Below, piece by piece: positions 62,643 through 64,000 of a DNA stretch of 64,000 bases. A program made the position numbers and the translations under genes. Source of the stretch: Marsupella aquatica. Its lineage: Eukaryota; Plantae; Marchantiophyta. Within the stretch, counting starts at the first letter, position 1. Each line of letters begins with the position of its first letter. Location of the stretch: contig OZ316896.1 of assembly GCA_973895155.1 (NCBI GenBank), positions 3,224,001 to 3,288,000 on the forward strand. Direction: 5' to 3'. Below the pieces are notes generated by a model. That model did not search any database. It worked only from the letters and a program-made list of their open reading frames with translations, and was not told where the DNA came from.

Positions 62643-63893
62643 TTAGGGACGAGTACTCTTGAACATCCTCTTCCATTTGTTCCCATCTCGTGGATTAGTA
62701 TTTGCGACGCCTTTGGCTGTAGAAAAAAGAGCTCTGCCTCGCATACGGTTCGTTGCACCTTTCCCCGAAATTGTTCGAGCTCTGCCTACCGCACGTTTCG
62801 TTGCATCTTTCACCGAACTGACGGATTCACGGAAACCGTGGCCCTCAGTTGTCTTAGAAACCTGTCTAGTTTTGTTACATTCCACCGGATGTCTGCCTAG
62901 AATAGCAAGACCTTCCTCGAGCTGCTTCAGAGATTCCACTCGCACCTTGCAGTTTTCCTCCTCCAGTTCTTTGTCGTCGGGCTCGATCGTCGGGAAGTCG
63001 GCGCTGAGAAAACTTTCGCAACCGGTGAAACTCTCCCGCAAAGCATCCATGTGGGTTTCCACCCAGGCCTGGCCTGAATTAGTAATCACTACAGTGAAGT
63101 TGCTTTTGATGTGTTCTCCAAAAATTTGCATAAAGAACCTCCAGATCTCGTCGTCCAGCGTGTCAAAGCGATCTCGTTTTTTCACGTATATGAAATGAGT
63201 GAAAAGTCCGTGGGTCAACTGGATCTCTTCAAACATCTTCATCGCGAGATGATGTGTGGATGTGGAGCTAAGTTTTTCTGACGGTTTTCCTAGACCTGGC
63301 GTATCAACAACGTACCAGCCTCTACCCTGACCATGTTTGACTCCAAGGCTCTTTCCATCGACACCTGAGTTGGAAGGAAAAGCGTTGGAACAAGAGTCGA
63401 GCTTTTGCAGGGTAAGCATCTGAGCAAGAGTTGACTTGCCGCTGCCCGTCCTCCCGAACAAAATCAGTTTGACAGGCCGGTTGGAAATATGTAGCTCTTC
63501 TCTAGGTGTCAAAACGGAAAGCGTCAGGGGGATCTCTGGGTCCTCCCCAACCTTCGGTACTTGCCGACGAAAAACAATATTGCTCTCTTCAAATCCGTCC
63601 TGTACAAGGAGTTCTCTGATTCTATTCTTCGTAGTGTTGGTACTGACATTCTCGCTACCCTTTATTCGCACAACTATTGTAATCGTTGCTCGACAATTGA
63701 GGAAAATATCAGCCAGCAGAGTGAGCCAAGCATATATACGTCTATGCAATTTCGATTTCGAAAGATTACATTTGTGCTGAAGCGAAGTTAAATCTATCAC
63801 ACACACAACGGAAACCAACTTGCCAAACAGCTCGTTCAAGATATTTGATGAAATCCAATCATCTACAATTTCTGTCAAGTTTCTTCCTTCCAT
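62643..63893 (-). CDS. AIG1/Toc34-type (TRAFAC) GTPase; the frame stays open to the window edge, so the true start may be upstream
   Basis: G1 LILFGRTGSGKSTL, G3 VVDTPG, RFDTLD..FFMQIFG..FTVVITN (AIG1 pattern). No in-frame stop in 63894-64000. Confidence 0.85.
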   Translation of the reverse strand: MEGRNLTEIVDDWISSNILNELFGKLVSVVCVIDLTSLQHKCNLSKSKLHRRIYAWLTLLADIFLNCRATITIVVRIKGSENVSTNTTKNRIRELLVQDGFEESNIVFRRQVPKVGEDPEIPLTLSVLTPREELHISNRPVKLILFGRTGSGKSTLAQMLTLQKLDSCSNAFPSNSGVDGKSLGVKHGQGRGWYVVDTPGLGKPSEKLSSTSTHHLAMKMFEEIQLTHGLFTHFIYVKKRDRFDTLDDEIWRFFMQIFGEHIKSNFTVVITNSGQAWVETHMDALRESFTGCESFLSADFPTIEPDDKELEEENCKVRVESLKQLEEGLAILGRHPVECNKTRQVSKTTEGHGFRESVSSVKDATKRAVGRARTISGKGATNRMRGRALFSTAKGVANTNPRDGNKWKRMFKSTRP

Positions 63894-64000
63894 GATCTTT
63901 CGGTTAACATTCCAGGATGTGGATTCGACAACTACTGGCCTCCCTTCCGTCCTATAATTTACGACCCCTGCCTCAGTCCTTCGAACTTCCCCTCCACTAT

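Noticed and set aside
62659-63780. Plus-strand ORFs of 179 and 114 aa
   Set aside because: Antisense shadows of the GTPase CDS. The same applies to the plus-strand ORFs over the CACTA genes and the minus-strand ORF over STIG1.

Overview
Eukaryotic land-plant DNA. The gene families and style suggest a bryophyte, possibly a liverwort, but the species cannot be fixed from sequence. 1-38.9 kb is a nest of transposons. A decayed Helitron helicase gene (3' end at 22131) is split in frame by a TG..CA solo LTR (1718-21022, TSD CAATG). That LTR contains a complete 16.3-kb CACTA element (3146-19454, 18-bp perfect TIRs, TSD CAA). Besides Tnp2 and TnpA-like genes, the CACTA carries a co-oriented array of intronless single-module cargo ORFs: EDM2-like PHD fingers, tandem Pol-lambda-like BRCT domains, an F-box-only protein and a Cys/His-rich protein. 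This array is the best candidate for an undescribed system. Further along are two copia solo LTRs, a truncated Bianca-type copia and a decayed PIF/Harbinger (Myb/SANT + DDE) with nested LTR insertions. Host genes follow: STIG1-like and germin-like genes, a MAM33-like gene whose intron holds three U36a-type C/D snoRNAs, and an AIG1-type GTPase. A probable second Helitron start and a frameshifted PMD-like coiled-coil ORF lie at 47.9-54 kb. All family assignments come from motif recognition by eye; no searches were run.
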